Positions 10,294-20,297 of a stretch of 64,000 nucleotides of DNA are shown here, in pieces. The notes below the pieces were generated by a model that was not told the DNA's origin, did not search any database, and saw only the letters and a list, made by a program, of their open reading frames with translations. Positions within the stretch are counted from its first letter, which is position 1, and the number at the start of each line of letters is the position of its first letter. The DNA lies in NCBI GenBank assembly GCA_963669175.1, contig OY769902.1:4864001-4928000 (forward strand). Direction: 5' to 3'. A program made the translations under genes and the position numbers. Source of the DNA: a bacterium. Its GTDB lineage: Bacteria; Electryoneota; Electryoneia; Electryoneales; Electryoneaceae.

Positions 10294-10992
10294 ATGGCAA
10301 GTGTAATTCAGACAAACAAGCTCGAGAAGACATACGACGACAAGGGCGTTCCTGTTCATGCGCTTCGTGGTGTTGATTTGAGCATTGAAGACGGTGATTT
10401 TGCGGCGTTAGTAGGACCATCCGGCAGCGGCAAGACCACGCTTCTCAACTTGATCGGCGGCTTGGATTCACCGTCAACAGGCACGGTTATAGTGGGTGAC
10501 CAGGACATTACCCATATGAAAGCCAACGACCTGATCGAATTTCGGTTGCGTCATATTGGCTTCGTATTCCAGGCATACAACCTGATCCCGGTTCTCACAG
10601 CCATCGAGAATGTCGAATTCATCATGCTGCTTCAGAACCAGCCCAAGCAGGAACGTCGCGCTCGTGCAGAAGAGCTTCTCACGGCTGTTGGTCTTGGCGA
10701 CATGATGAAACGCAGACCGCATGAGCTTTCCGGCGGTCAGCAACAGCGGGTAGCAGTGGCGCGCGCGCTGGCATCCAAACCACGATTTGTGTTGGCCGAT
10801 GAACCCACGGCGAACCTCGACTCAAAATCGGCTGGCGATCTGCTTGACATGATGCAAGAGCTGAACGAGACACAAGGCGCGACCTTCGTCTTCTCAACTC
10901 ATGACCAGCGTGTCGTCAAGCGCGCACGGCGAGTGATCACCTTGCAGGACGGTCACATCACCTCGGATGAAACCAAAGCCTCGGAATCATGA
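10294..10992 (+). CDS. ABC transporter ATP-binding protein (LolD/MacB type)
   Basis: Walker A GPSGSGKT, signature LSGGQQQRVAVARAL, Walker B VLADEPT. Confidence 0.95.
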   Translation: MASVIQTNKLEKTYDDKGVPVHALRGVDLSIEDGDFAALVGPSGSGKTTLLNLIGGLDSPSTGTVIVGDQDITHMKANDLIEFRLRHIGFVFQAYNLIPVLTAIENVEFIMLLQNQPKQERRARAEELLTAVGLGDMMKRRPHELSGGQQQRVAVARALASKPRFVLADEPTANLDSKSAGDLLDMMQELNETQGATFVFSTHDQRVVKRARRVITLQDGHITSDETKASES

Positions 10993-12176
10993 TACGTCGC
11001 CTTGTCACATTGTCATTGCTTTGTATGGTCATGGCAACGACTGCTGTCCAGGCCGGGTTTCGTGATGATCTCATGGCGCGTGGGTATGTACGCTACACCC
11101 CACTGATCTGGAAACTGCCGAGTTATGGTATGCCCATCCAGCAGGATGACAAGTACATCTTCACCAACCTGCTGAATGTGCGTCAGAATTTCCGTTATTA
11201 TGCTTCTTCCTCCCTGACAGTCGGTTTGGAACTGAAGGAACGCGCCTTTCTCGGGGAATCAGCTAACGATTTGAAACAGAGCGCTGATTTTTACACCGCA
11301 GATGAAACTCTGTTTGATTGGGATACGGACCTGGTTGAAGAGGACAAGGCGTATGTCAGCATGGTTCCGGATCGTGCCTGGCTGGATTACATGGTTGGCG
11401 ATGTGCAGGTTACGGTTGGCCGTCAACGTGTGGCCTGGGGAGTGAATACGGTCTGGAATCCGACAGACCTGTTCAATCCCTCTTCCCCATTGGATTTTGA
11501 CAATGAAGAGATGCCCGGTACCGATGCGTTTCGTGTGCAATATTATCTCGGTCCCATGTCCAAGCTGGAAGCGGCGGTTTCGCCCAAACGTGATGAGGAT
11601 AAGACCATCGCTGCGGCCAAATTGCAGTTGAACCGTTGGGATTACGACTGGATCTGGATCTTGGGCCGCCGTTATGCACAAACGGTAGCGGGCTTCTCAT
11701 GGGCAGGTGATGTTCACGATGCCGGGTTCAAGGGTGAAGTGCTGTATGCGTTCCCCCGGGATAGCGTGTACAATGCAGACAATGATCCTTACGTCAGCTT
11801 CAGTATAAGCGTGGACTACGGTGTCCCCAATACCAGCCTGTACCTGCATTCAGAAGTGCTCTATAACGAACTGGGTACAACCGACAAAGCAGGTGGGTTG
11901 TTGCTGTATGATGCTTTTAATAAGAAGCAGTTATCCCCATCCCGGTTGGATGTCTTCGGAGAAGTAAGCTACACCTTCTCACCGATAGTCACCGGTAACC
12001 TGAACGGGATTTACAATCCGTATGATCAGTCATTTTACGTGGGGCCAAACCTGACGGTATCAGTCCATACCAACGTGGATTTGACGCTTATGGGCATGGT
12101 GTACCAGGGCGAGGACGTGACAGAATTCGGTGATAATCCTCAGATGGTGATGGGACGCTTGAAGTGGAACTGGTGA
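10989..12176 (+). CDS. Probable outer-membrane beta-barrel protein of the ABC operon
   Basis: Signal peptide; DRAWLDY..VGRQRVAWG..WNPTDLFNP motif; aromatic C-terminus LKWNW; overlaps the ATPase stop. Confidence 0.7.
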   Translation: MIRRLVTLSLLCMVMATTAVQAGFRDDLMARGYVRYTPLIWKLPSYGMPIQQDDKYIFTNLLNVRQNFRYYASSSLTVGLELKERAFLGESANDLKQSADFYTADETLFDWDTDLVEEDKAYVSMVPDRAWLDYMVGDVQVTVGRQRVAWGVNTVWNPTDLFNPSSPLDFDNEEMPGTDAFRVQYYLGPMSKLEAAVSPKRDEDKTIAAAKLQLNRWDYDWIWILGRRYAQTVAGFSWAGDVHDAGFKGEVLYAFPRDSVYNADNDPYVSFSISVDYGVPNTSLYLHSEVLYNELGTTDKAGGLLLYDAFNKKQLSPSRLDVFGEVSYTFSPIVTGNLNGIYNPYDQSFYVGPNLTVSVHTNVDLTLMGMVYQGEDVTEFGDNPQMVMGRLKWNW

Positions 12177-12189
12177 TGTTGGTTGTTTA

Positions 12190-12313
12190 GCCCCGACGGC
12201 TTGAAGCACCTTGCCCTTGGCCCCGACGGCTTGAATCACGCGGAAGTGGAATTTGGCCCCGTCGGCTTGAAGCCGCCGTAGCTTGCGAAGGCGGCTGCCC
12301 GGCGGGGTTTATT
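12190..12313 (+). repeat. Palindromic dispersed element, copy A (three heads, one full body)
   Basis: GCCCCGWCGGCTTGAA x3, then GCCGTAGCTTGCGAAGGCGGCTGCCCGGCGGGGTTTATT. Confidence 0.85.
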
Positions 12314-12362
12314 CTACATAGAGAAATAGTGGTTCCTCGCTATTTTGAATGGGTAAGCAGGC

Positions 12363-12826
12363 GAAAAATGGGACTGTTACCTTTTCATGCTTTTGAATGC
12401 AGAACAATCACATCAGTATTGATGAAAAGGTAACTGTACCAGATTTTTTACCTGTTCTGTAAGATGACTCCGGACTGGAAAATGCCGGGACAGCCACCTT
12501 TTCGCAATATATCTTCCCAGCGATCAATGATTTTGCGTATAAATGAAACATGGTCAACAATATCTGGCATATTCGCAGGCGAAAAGTGTGGCAGTCCCCA
12601 TTTTCCGTCGGCAATTCCCCTTTTCAATCGAATTAGACCCTTATATCCAGGTTAATGGTATAGCAGAATCTTACCCACACGAAACAGCGAGGCACCGAAA
12701 TAGTCCTAAAGTAGTAAGGTGTATACTCGATAAATCTGCAGCAAAAGGGGACTGTTTCCTTTTCGTCGCGCGTCATTGAGATATTTCGTGATAAAGGTAA
12801 TCGAAAAGGTGACTGTCCCCTTTTGC
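12363..12826. repeat. Three consecutive GGGACWG-family inverted doublets
   Basis: 12363-12450, 12478-12605 and 12741-12826, each GGGAC(T/A)G..CCTTTTC...GAAAAG..C(T/A)GT(A/C)CC. Confidence 0.75.
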
Positions 12827-12900
12827 CAGTGATTCAGCCAGACGCTCGATTCTGTTTTCTGTGATCAGGTTTTCTCACACCGAAAAGGGTCAATAGTTTT

Positions 12901-13386
12901 CTACCCCTTCGACACACCCATCAGCGATACGACCAGCTCACGGTGCCTTGGTTTGTTATCCCAATCGACGAACACGATCTGCTGCCAGGTTCCCAGCATC
13001 ATGGTGCCCTTGGCGATGGGAACGGTGAGAGACGGCCCAACCAGTGACGCCCGTACATGGCTGTGACCATTGCCGTCATGCCAGGTAGCGTCATGTTTAT
13101 ACGTATGCCCTTCGGACGGCGCGATATTCTCCATTGCTTCCGGGAAATCTTCTTCCAGGCCGGGCTCATATTCGATGGTCGTAACCGAACCGGTCGATCC
13201 TTTGCAAAAGACAGTGACCGTGCCGAATTCAAGACTGTGTTTTTTGATGATGCGCCCCACTTCAGCCGTCAAATCAATCATCTGCCCGTTGCCGTCTGTC
13301 GTCAACGGCAACAGTTCTGTCATCATCTTGAGTTGTTGCTGCGGTCCCTGGGGTGGTGGCGGTTGCATCCCGCGTTGCATCATCAT
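12901..13386 (-). CDS. yjbQ: YjbQ/UPF0047 family protein
   Basis: TTIEYEPGL, YKHD..WHDGNGHSHVRASLVGPS and LGTWQQI motifs. Confidence 0.9.
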   Translation of the reverse strand: MMMQRGMQPPPPQGPQQQLKMMTELLPLTTDGNGQMIDLTAEVGRIIKKHSLEFGTVTVFCKGSTGSVTTIEYEPGLEEDFPEAMENIAPSEGHTYKHDATWHDGNGHSHVRASLVGPSLTVPIAKGTMMLGTWQQIVFVDWDNKPRHRELVVSLMGVSKG

Positions 13387-13787
13387 TCAAATTCACCATT
13401 GGTAAGGTCAGTTCCCCATGCCCGCGCGTAGTTGACGATCAACCCATGTTCAACCTCGGTCACAGCCTTGTCAGCCTTGGCAATACTGATCAGATCAAGC
13501 AGGAAGCGTTGTTTGAACACGGGACCGTACGACTCACCAATCAGGCGGAAAATGTCGTGCAGGGTTTCGATACGGTCATCCAGACCCAACGCCAGCCAGT
13601 ATTCCAACATGGTGTTGAACTTGGTTTCCAGGTCAACCAGGTTGGTGTCAAAGGGAAGATCATCCAGGATTTCCAGGATCTTCTGCTTCTCTTCCTCAAC
13701 TATCTCACCATTGGACAGGCTGGAATAAGCGATAAAAGCCAAAGCGACTGCCTTGGTCTCATCAAAAGGACGTTCTCCGTTGGCCAT
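13383..13787 (-). CDS. TerB-family protein
   Basis: SNGEIVEEEKQKI and LISIAKADKAVTEVEHGLI resemble the duplicated TerB ADG..E motifs. Confidence 0.65.
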   Translation of the reverse strand: MANGERPFDETKAVALAFIAYSSLSNGEIVEEEKQKILEILDDLPFDTNLVDLETKFNTMLEYWLALGLDDRIETLHDIFRLIGESYGPVFKQRFLLDLISIAKADKAVTEVEHGLIVNYARAWGTDLTNGEFE

Positions 13788-14202
13788 GGTTCACTCCCTT
13801 CACTGGTTTAGACGATTCTTTGGTATTCCTAATGTAATACCGGGACGACGGAATCCCGCATGGGTGTATGCGAAAATTCACTCCAGTGGGCGCACTCAGT
13901 TTGCTGTAATATCCATTTACAAAACTGCATGTCTCACGCAAAGACGCAAAGGCACTAAAACGCAAAGGAAAAAGAAAGGGCAAAGGCGCACGAAAGTTAT
14001 CGCTAGAAATTTCAGCAAGAAGCTTCCCCCCAATAAAGACAGGCCCCGTTTACACAGCAAACGGGGCCACAATGTTCAACAAGAACTCTTCATGAATAAC
14101 AGGTTGTCATAAAGTAATATCTTAAATTAATAATCTTTTCATCCTGTTTATCCCTCATATCCTGTCCATCCTGTGAATCTTTCTGCGGAACTGCGTGTGT
14201 AT

Positions 14203-15267
14203 CTACAGTTCTTTGTACCTGAAAGCAATCCAGGCGGATACAGGTGAACCGTCAACAACCTTGTAGTAGTTGGTAATCTGGAACTTGTAATACACTGCAT
14301 CGCCGGTCAGGATCAGGTAGACATGTTCGGTGCTGAGCAGCTCATGGGTAGAGCTGTTGTATTCGTACCAGTCATCAAACACGGAGGATACCGAATCCTG
14401 TTCGTAGCTGCCGCCCATATCCGGAGGCGCCGAGGTCATGGTATCGAAATCGTTGTAGTTATCATCATCATAGGCCGGATAGACCCCTGACGCACCCAGT
14501 CCGCTGATGCCACCGTTGATCTTTACGGTGAATCCATCGAACCAGATGTCCCAGTCTGTCGATGCGGCCGGGTCATCAATCTCAACCCCTGCACCCGTGG
14601 CGAAAGAAAAGAAGATGCTGTTGTCTGAATTTGTATCTTCTACTGTCACAACTACCGGATCGCCGGACAAGTCACCGCCTTCAGCATCGTAAACATAGGT
14701 CAGTTCAACCGCACCGATCTGCATCATCCCGGCCGGGGTTATTCCAGTGACTATCAGCTTGGCATAGCTTTCACCATCAGCGCCACGCAAGGCAAAAACA
14801 CGATTGGAAGGATCAACTGTGTGGTTAGTCGGATCGTACGTATACCAGCCATCGAAGACATACGAGGTCGCGTCTTCCACCCACTCGTCATCCGCTACTT
14901 GTGGGATCTCTACCAAGCCCTCAAAATCAGTGCCGTATTCGTTGCCAAGGCTTTCCAGGTCTACCGCTTTCATCCCGGACGTGCCGGATGATCCGCCATT
15001 CAGCTTGAGCTGATAACGCTTGAAGCCTACGCTCCAGTCGGTGCTGCTTTCAGGATCAGAAACAGTCACTTCCTGATCTGTTGCGAGGCTGTAATAAACG
15101 AAGGCCTCTGCGTCAGTCGCGTCTATCTGGTATTCCGAATACGATACAGTATCCTCGTCTGACGGTCCGGCCGGGTTGGTGTTGTCATCATCATCTGAAC
15201 AGCCGATGAAGCCCAAACCAAGAACAAATGCGATGGGCAAAATGAATAAAACAAACTTCGGCTTCAT
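14203..15267 (-). CDS. HmuY-family lipoprotein with two tandem HmuY-like domains
   Basis: Lipobox GFIGC; DWSVGF..LNGGSSG and DWDIWF..INGGISG repeats; WY.Y motifs and YYKFQITNYY; follows a TonB receptor. Confidence 0.8.
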   Translation of the reverse strand: MKPKFVLFILPIAFVLGLGFIGCSDDDDNTNPAGPSDEDTVSYSEYQIDATDAEAFVYYSLATDQEVTVSDPESSTDWSVGFKRYQLKLNGGSSGTSGMKAVDLESLGNEYGTDFEGLVEIPQVADDEWVEDATSYVFDGWYTYDPTNHTVDPSNRVFALRGADGESYAKLIVTGITPAGMMQIGAVELTYVYDAEGGDLSGDPVVVTVEDTNSDNSIFFSFATGAGVEIDDPAASTDWDIWFDGFTVKINGGISGLGASGVYPAYDDDNYNDFDTMTSAPPDMGGSYEQDSVSSVFDDWYEYNSSTHELLSTEHVYLILTGDAVYYKFQITNYYKVVDGSPVSAWIAFRYKEL

Positions 15268-15296
15268 GGGTTTACTCTCCTTGGTATGTTGTGTTA

Positions 15297-17591
15297 CTAC
15301 TGTTGTGTACTGTAGTTGTAGGAAAGAATGAACAGCGCAGTACGTCCGCGATAGGGGCCGTACCGGGCATCTGTCTCATCAAACAGGTTTTCCAGCTTGC
15401 AGGCGGCACGGAAGCCATGCGGAAGCTCCCGGGAGACGGCAAGATTCCAGAGTGTATACGGGTTGGTCTGCTCATTACTCACCTGGTCGTCAGTACCGAA
15501 ACGATCCTGGAACCACATGGCACCGGTATAACGTGCCCAGAGGCGGAAGTTCCACGGTTCAGGATGCCAGTTGACCAGGAAACGCGCTGAGTGTTTTGGC
15601 CTGCGCATTAATTCCTGATCCGTTTCACGGTTCCTTGTTTCCAGGTAACTGTATGCGATCCCGTAACGCCAGTTATTGCCAACGAGGAAGGTGCGTTCTA
15701 TTTCAACGCCACGTGTCCACGCCGATACAATATTCTCATACTGGTAAATACCGGTATAGAACTCTTCCGTAACCCCCAGAGAATCAAAATCAATCAGGTT
15801 TTCCATATCGTTGTAGAACATGGAAATACGTGAGGTGGAACGATCCTTGTAGGTATGCTCCACGCTGAAGGTGTAGCTGATCGAGGTCTCCGGTTCGAGA
15901 TCCGGGTTCCCTCGCACGATATAACCCGCCGAAGCATGGTTGAAGGTGTAATACAGTTCCTTGGAAGATGGCGCACGATAACCACGACCTACGGAGGAGC
16001 GTACCCGGATGCTGTCCCACGGTTTCCACATGGCGCTGATCTTGGGGCTGATGTGAACTCCGTACACTTCATGTTGCTCATACCGCACTCCCGGCACCAG
16101 GGTAAAGCGGGGATTAAGGATAAATTCATCCTGAACAAATGCGTCCCAGGCATTGATTTTAGCGTTAAAATCACTTCGCAGCGCGCTGCTCATCAGGTTG
16201 TGGGCTTCAATGTCCCACCAGTATACATCCGCACCGAAAATCACTCGATGTGCAGCCCCGAAATTACGAGTTGCCTGCCCCCCGATTTCCAGGTACTCCT
16301 CATCACTCTCGCTGAAATCCCTGCGGATACGATTGTCAGTCTGGGTGTATTTCGCCCAATCGTGGGTGTTCTGGGAACGGTAGATTTTCAGAGAATAGAC
16401 TTCCGCCCAGCCCGGACGGCAATCAAGTTCAGCAGAAAGATCCACACGCCGGTTGAATTCCTCATCATCATAGGCCACCTGAACCGATTGCAGCCCGGCA
16501 TCTTCGATCCAGAGTTTCTCTTCCTGGTTGGTCCGGAAACCGAGGGTCAGTGTTGCGGGCGGGGTGATGTCATGACTCAGGCGAGCAAATCCGGTAACCT
16601 TATCGGCCCCCTCCACGCCTTCAGTATGGGCCGTGGAAGGGTCGGAATCCATGATATCGTTTGTGTCAAAGCGAAGACCGGAACGGAAGCGTGTCTTCTC
16701 ACTCCCCAGCGACAGATCAAGCGCCGATCCTGCGATAGGGGCGTGAATGCGTGTACGGTTCAGCTCATCATTCCCTTGCGATGGAATGTACCCACCGCCG
16801 GAAACCTGGGCGCCAAGGCTGAAAGGCGCGGTATTTCGGCTGGTGATTACATTGATCACACCGCCAATCGCTTCGCTGCCATACAGGGTAGATACTGCCC
16901 CTTTAACGATTTCGATCTGTTGCACGTCCTGTGTGGAAAGCTGGTTCAGGTCTATCGAACCATCCACTCGTCCGATCACACGGCTTCCATCGACAAGCAC
17001 CAGCACACGTTCCGGGTCCATGCCCTGTATGGTTACTCCCTGTCCCGCGAAATCCTCACGGATGTCAATCCCAATCTCGTTTTGCAGCGCTTCAGACACA
17101 GTCGTGGCTTCCGACTGTTCAATATCCTTGCTGGTAATCAATTCTGTTGCTACGGGGACATTCTTCAGGAGTTGGATGGTGCGAGTGGCTGTATAGACAA
17201 CCTGGTCCAGCTCAACCGGATCAGAAATTAAAAAGACAGTGAGGTCTTTTATTCCTTCAACGGTTACTACCAGCTCTTCCGTATGGGTCGCATAGCCCAG
17301 GTTTGATATCTCCAGGCTGACTTTTCCAAGAGGCGAGGGTTGCAGCAGAAAACGACCATCGAGATCGGTTGCCACGCCACGTTGAGTGCCCACCACACGG
17401 ATATTGGCGTTGGCTAACGGTTGCCCGTTTTCCGAATCGAGAACGACGCCGGATATAAAAGCGGCTTCAGCGGTGTATGGATATAGTACTGCCATTCCCA
17501 CAAGGGTCAGCAGTGTAATCGTGACCAGGTTACGTACCACGTGATCTAAACCTTCTTCAACTGTTCTAGATACTGCCCCCATGGAATGCAT
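15297..17591 (-). CDS. TonB-dependent receptor (heme/iron, HmuR-like)
   Basis: N-terminal carboxypeptidase-regulatory-like domain, plug VLVLVDG..IEIVKGAVSTLYGSEAIGGVINVIT, GYRAPS..NPDLEPE, ENLFD. The true start may be slightly downstream. Confidence 0.92.
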   Translation of the reverse strand: MHSMGAVSRTVEEGLDHVVRNLVTITLLTLVGMAVLYPYTAEAAFISGVVLDSENGQPLANANIRVVGTQRGVATDLDGRFLLQPSPLGKVSLEISNLGYATHTEELVVTVEGIKDLTVFLISDPVELDQVVYTATRTIQLLKNVPVATELITSKDIEQSEATTVSEALQNEIGIDIREDFAGQGVTIQGMDPERVLVLVDGSRVIGRVDGSIDLNQLSTQDVQQIEIVKGAVSTLYGSEAIGGVINVITSRNTAPFSLGAQVSGGGYIPSQGNDELNRTRIHAPIAGSALDLSLGSEKTRFRSGLRFDTNDIMDSDPSTAHTEGVEGADKVTGFARLSHDITPPATLTLGFRTNQEEKLWIEDAGLQSVQVAYDDEEFNRRVDLSAELDCRPGWAEVYSLKIYRSQNTHDWAKYTQTDNRIRRDFSESDEEYLEIGGQATRNFGAAHRVIFGADVYWWDIEAHNLMSSALRSDFNAKINAWDAFVQDEFILNPRFTLVPGVRYEQHEVYGVHISPKISAMWKPWDSIRVRSSVGRGYRAPSSKELYYTFNHASAGYIVRGNPDLEPETSISYTFSVEHTYKDRSTSRISMFYNDMENLIDFDSLGVTEEFYTGIYQYENIVSAWTRGVEIERTFLVGNNWRYGIAYSYLETRNRETDQELMRRPKHSARFLVNWHPEPWNFRLWARYTGAMWFQDRFGTDDQVSNEQTNPYTLWNLAVSRELPHGFRAACKLENLFDETDARYGPYRGRTALFILSYNYSTQQ

Positions 17592-17900
17592 CGGTAGTGG
17601 ACCGAATCAGATAAATCGGTCAACTAGCATTGGAAAGTGTAGGTTTGGAGCGGTGGAGAAATGTCACAGAAATTTCATGCAAGCTACAGCAGGAGCCAAA
17701 CTGAGGCGTATGGCGGTTCAAGCGAAGAAAGCAACTCATGTATAAGGATGGGTGGCCCGATTTGCCGTACTGCGATGCTGCATTCCTTGATTGAGTATAC
17801 AAACGGCAAGAATGGCTGGGACTCATGAGGGTAAGGAGGCAAGTCGTGATTGCGCAGAGGTGCAATATCCATCCCTGCGTCTCGTTATGAATAGTTGTCA

Positions 17901-18390
17901 CAATCCCGACAGCAAGCAGTCGGGCCAAGCGACCATCTCACACACATGTCATCCCCCTCATGTCATCCCCGAAGCAGCGTCTGTTTGCTGCTAGTGGGGA
18001 TCTCGAGCGACACAATCCCGACAGCAAGCAGTCGGGCCAAACGACCATCTCACACACATGTCATCCCCCTCATGTCATCCCCGAAGCAGCGTCTGTTTGC
18101 TGCTAGCGGGGATCTCGAGCAACCCAATCCCGACAGCAAGCAGTCGGGCCAAACGACCATCTCACACACATGTCATCCCCCTCATGTCATCCCCGAAGCA
18201 GCGTCTGTTTGCTGCTAGCGGGGATCTCGAGCGACACAATCCCGACAGCAAGCAGTCGGGCCAAACGACCATCTCACACACATGTCATCCACGTATACGT
18301 GTCATTCCCCGCATGTCATCACCCGCATGTCATCCCTGAAGCAGCGTATGTTTGCTGCTATCGGGGATCTCGAGCGACATAATCCCGACA
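17901..18390. repeat. Tandem array of 112-bp units with GTCATCCCCG...GGGGATCTC hairpins
   Basis: Near-identical units start at 17901, 18013, 18125 and 18237 (the last is expanded and degenerate). Confidence 0.92.
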
Positions 18391-18472
18391 GTTGCACTCC
18401 GCCACCCATTCAAGCCCTTTTTCTTTCTCACATCTTCGTGTGTCTGACTATTCCGCAGGAATTAGATAAGCG

Positions 18473-18690
18473 AGCCCCGGGTACGTGCCGTCAGTTTGGC
18501 ACGCACCCGGGGTAAGGATTCCCAAAATGATCTACTCCAAAGGAGTTGGATAAAGGTGCTCGTCATCAGCGCATTTCCAGTCTTCTATCCAACTCCTTCA
18601 GAGTTGAATGCCCTGTGGACAAGAACCCCGGGTAGGCGTCAAACTGACGACACCTACCCGGGGCTCACCTATCTAACTCCTTCGGAGTAA
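18473..18690. repeat. REP-like palindrome cluster
   Basis: Related palindromes CCCCGGGTACGTGCC..GGCACGCACCCGGGG and CCCCGGGTAGG..CCTACCCGGGG in opposite orientation, plus ACTCC-NNN-GGAGT mini-hairpins. Confidence 0.7.
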
Positions 18691-18721
18691 AACTACTAAA
18701 ACCCTTTTCGTGTGGATAGCA

Positions 18722-18816
18722 ACTGAAGGACTAACTCCTTGAAATAATTTACAATAAACCCCGCCGGACAACAGCCTTCGCTTCGCTGCGGTCTGTTTCA
18801 AGCCGGTCGGGGCCAA
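18722..18816 (-). repeat. Palindromic dispersed element, copy B
   Basis: Reverse complement reads TTGGCCCCGACCGGCTTGAAACAG..GCGAAGGCTGTTGTCCGGCGGGGTTTATT...GAGTTAGTCCTTCAGT. Confidence 0.8.
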
Positions 18817-18831
18817 AAAGAATTCAGGAGC

Positions 18832-18918
18832 AAAAAAAGGGGGCTATTACCCTTTCGTCTCGTGTAAATAATACACTTCATGATATAGCTGTTCGAAAAG
18901 GTGACTGTCCCCTTTTGC
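18832..18918. repeat. GGGACWG-family inverted doublet
   Basis: AAAAGGGGGCTATTACCCTTTCG...CGAAAAGGTGACTGTCCCCTTTTGC. Confidence 0.7.
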
Positions 18919-18932
18919 CTCACACCCTCTTT

Positions 18933-20132
18933 TCAAACCGGCAAAATCGTCTGAGGTTTCTGGCCATCGAGCAACCCTTGGTACAACAATTCGAGGCGGT
19001 TGATCATGACATCGATGGAGAAACAATCTTCAGCGCGTTTACGTCCGGCTTTTCCCAGACGTTTGCGCAGGTCCGCATCCTCCAGCAGCGTGGAAAGCGC
19101 ATTCGTCATCGCGTCTACATTCCCGGCTTCCACTAATGTCCCGGTTGCACCATCTTCGACCACCTCGGACACTCCGCCGGTACTCATGGCAACTGTGGGG
19201 GTCTCGGCAGCCATTGCCTCCACCAGCACACGCCCCTGGCCCTCGTTACGGCTGGTCAGGCCAAGGATATCCATGGCCGAATACAGGTGTGGGATATCTT
19301 TTCGCCACCCGGTCCACAGGATACGATCCTTCAGATTCAGTTCTTCCGCACGTTTCTGCAGGTCGAACCGCATGTCGCCATCACCGACCACCAGGAACTT
19401 GACCTTCTCATTCTTCTCAGCCAGCTTTCCAGCCGTTTCGATGAAGAAGTCCGGGCCTTTCACTTCGGTCAGGCGTCCGACAAATCCGACCACAAGATCA
19501 TCCGTGCCGAAACCAAGCTCATTGCGAACCTTAACCCGGCGCCCACGTTTTGGATAATACGGCGTCAGCTCTACGCCACTGGGCACAATACAGAACTGCT
19601 CACGTTTTCCGGCCGAAACCTTCTCAAACGCACGCAACTCATCCATGGTCAAGCCGACAATCGCATCAGCCCAACCGGCTAAACCCTTCTCAATTTTCGT
19701 AAAGACGCCACTTGCGGTCGAACTGCCGTACCCGGAGAAAACATGGCCGTGCGGTGTATAGATGACCTTTGTATTCACACGCGCCCATTTTGCGGCTACA
19801 CGTCCGATGGCTCCCGCTTTCGCCGAGTGCAGGTGAATGATGTTGGGACGCAGGGAACGAATAATACCAGTCAGCGCGGGCAGGGCACGGATATCCGACT
19901 GAGGTTGAATGGGACGCACAAGGGTGGGTTCGAGCAGCAGACGATCCCCCAGGCGACGGCGATATTCCTCCGATGGGCCGCTGCCATCGAGACCGGGCCC
20001 GGTCAGGACGATGGATTGAAACCGTTCCGGATCAACACGCTCCGCTGATAACACCGTGTTCTCCGCCGAGCCACCCGGATCAAGCCGTGTGATGATGTGC
20101 AATACACGGATCTTCTTTCTCTTCTCGACCAT
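18933..20132 (-). CDS. Glycosyltransferase family 4
   Basis: RVLHIITRLDPGGSAEN, HSAKAG, TPHGH, VGRLTEVKG and SRNEGQGRVLVEAMA motifs. Start moved to ATG 20132 to avoid overlapping the MoxR gene. Confidence 0.92.
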   Translation of the reverse strand: MVEKRKKIRVLHIITRLDPGGSAENTVLSAERVDPERFQSIVLTGPGLDGSGPSEEYRRRLGDRLLLEPTLVRPIQPQSDIRALPALTGIIRSLRPNIIHLHSAKAGAIGRVAAKWARVNTKVIYTPHGHVFSGYGSSTASGVFTKIEKGLAGWADAIVGLTMDELRAFEKVSAGKREQFCIVPSGVELTPYYPKRGRRVKVRNELGFGTDDLVVGFVGRLTEVKGPDFFIETAGKLAEKNEKVKFLVVGDGDMRFDLQKRAEELNLKDRILWTGWRKDIPHLYSAMDILGLTSRNEGQGRVLVEAMAAETPTVAMSTGGVSEVVEDGATGTLVEAGNVDAMTNALSTLLEDADLRKRLGKAGRKRAEDCFSIDVMINRLELLYQGLLDGQKPQTILPV

Positions 20133-20297
20133 GATGAATCCTCTTCTCCCTGTCCTGAGGGAACCTACGGCCTGAATCCACTGTAACACAAGCAACCGTG
20201 AAGCTTCACCGGGGATTCCAGCCCCGGAGGCGGCGTTGATAAGGAGTCGGGTTTCTCGTACTTTACAGCGACAACAACCAGATAATCGGGAACAACG

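Noticed and set aside
15855-17231. 458-aa ORF antisense to the TonB receptor, and similar antisense ORFs over metE, recA, alaS and the Hmc-like genes
   Set aside because: They fully overlap well-supported genes on the opposite strand and contain no recognisable motifs.
17592-17900. Cobalamin riboswitch or Fur box upstream of the TonB receptor
   Set aside because: No convincing consensus was seen.
17901-18390. Possible CRISPR array or repeat-protein ORFs
   Set aside because: Units are near-identical over their whole 112 bp with no unique spacers, and there are no cas genes. The ORFs in three frames are translations of the repeat.
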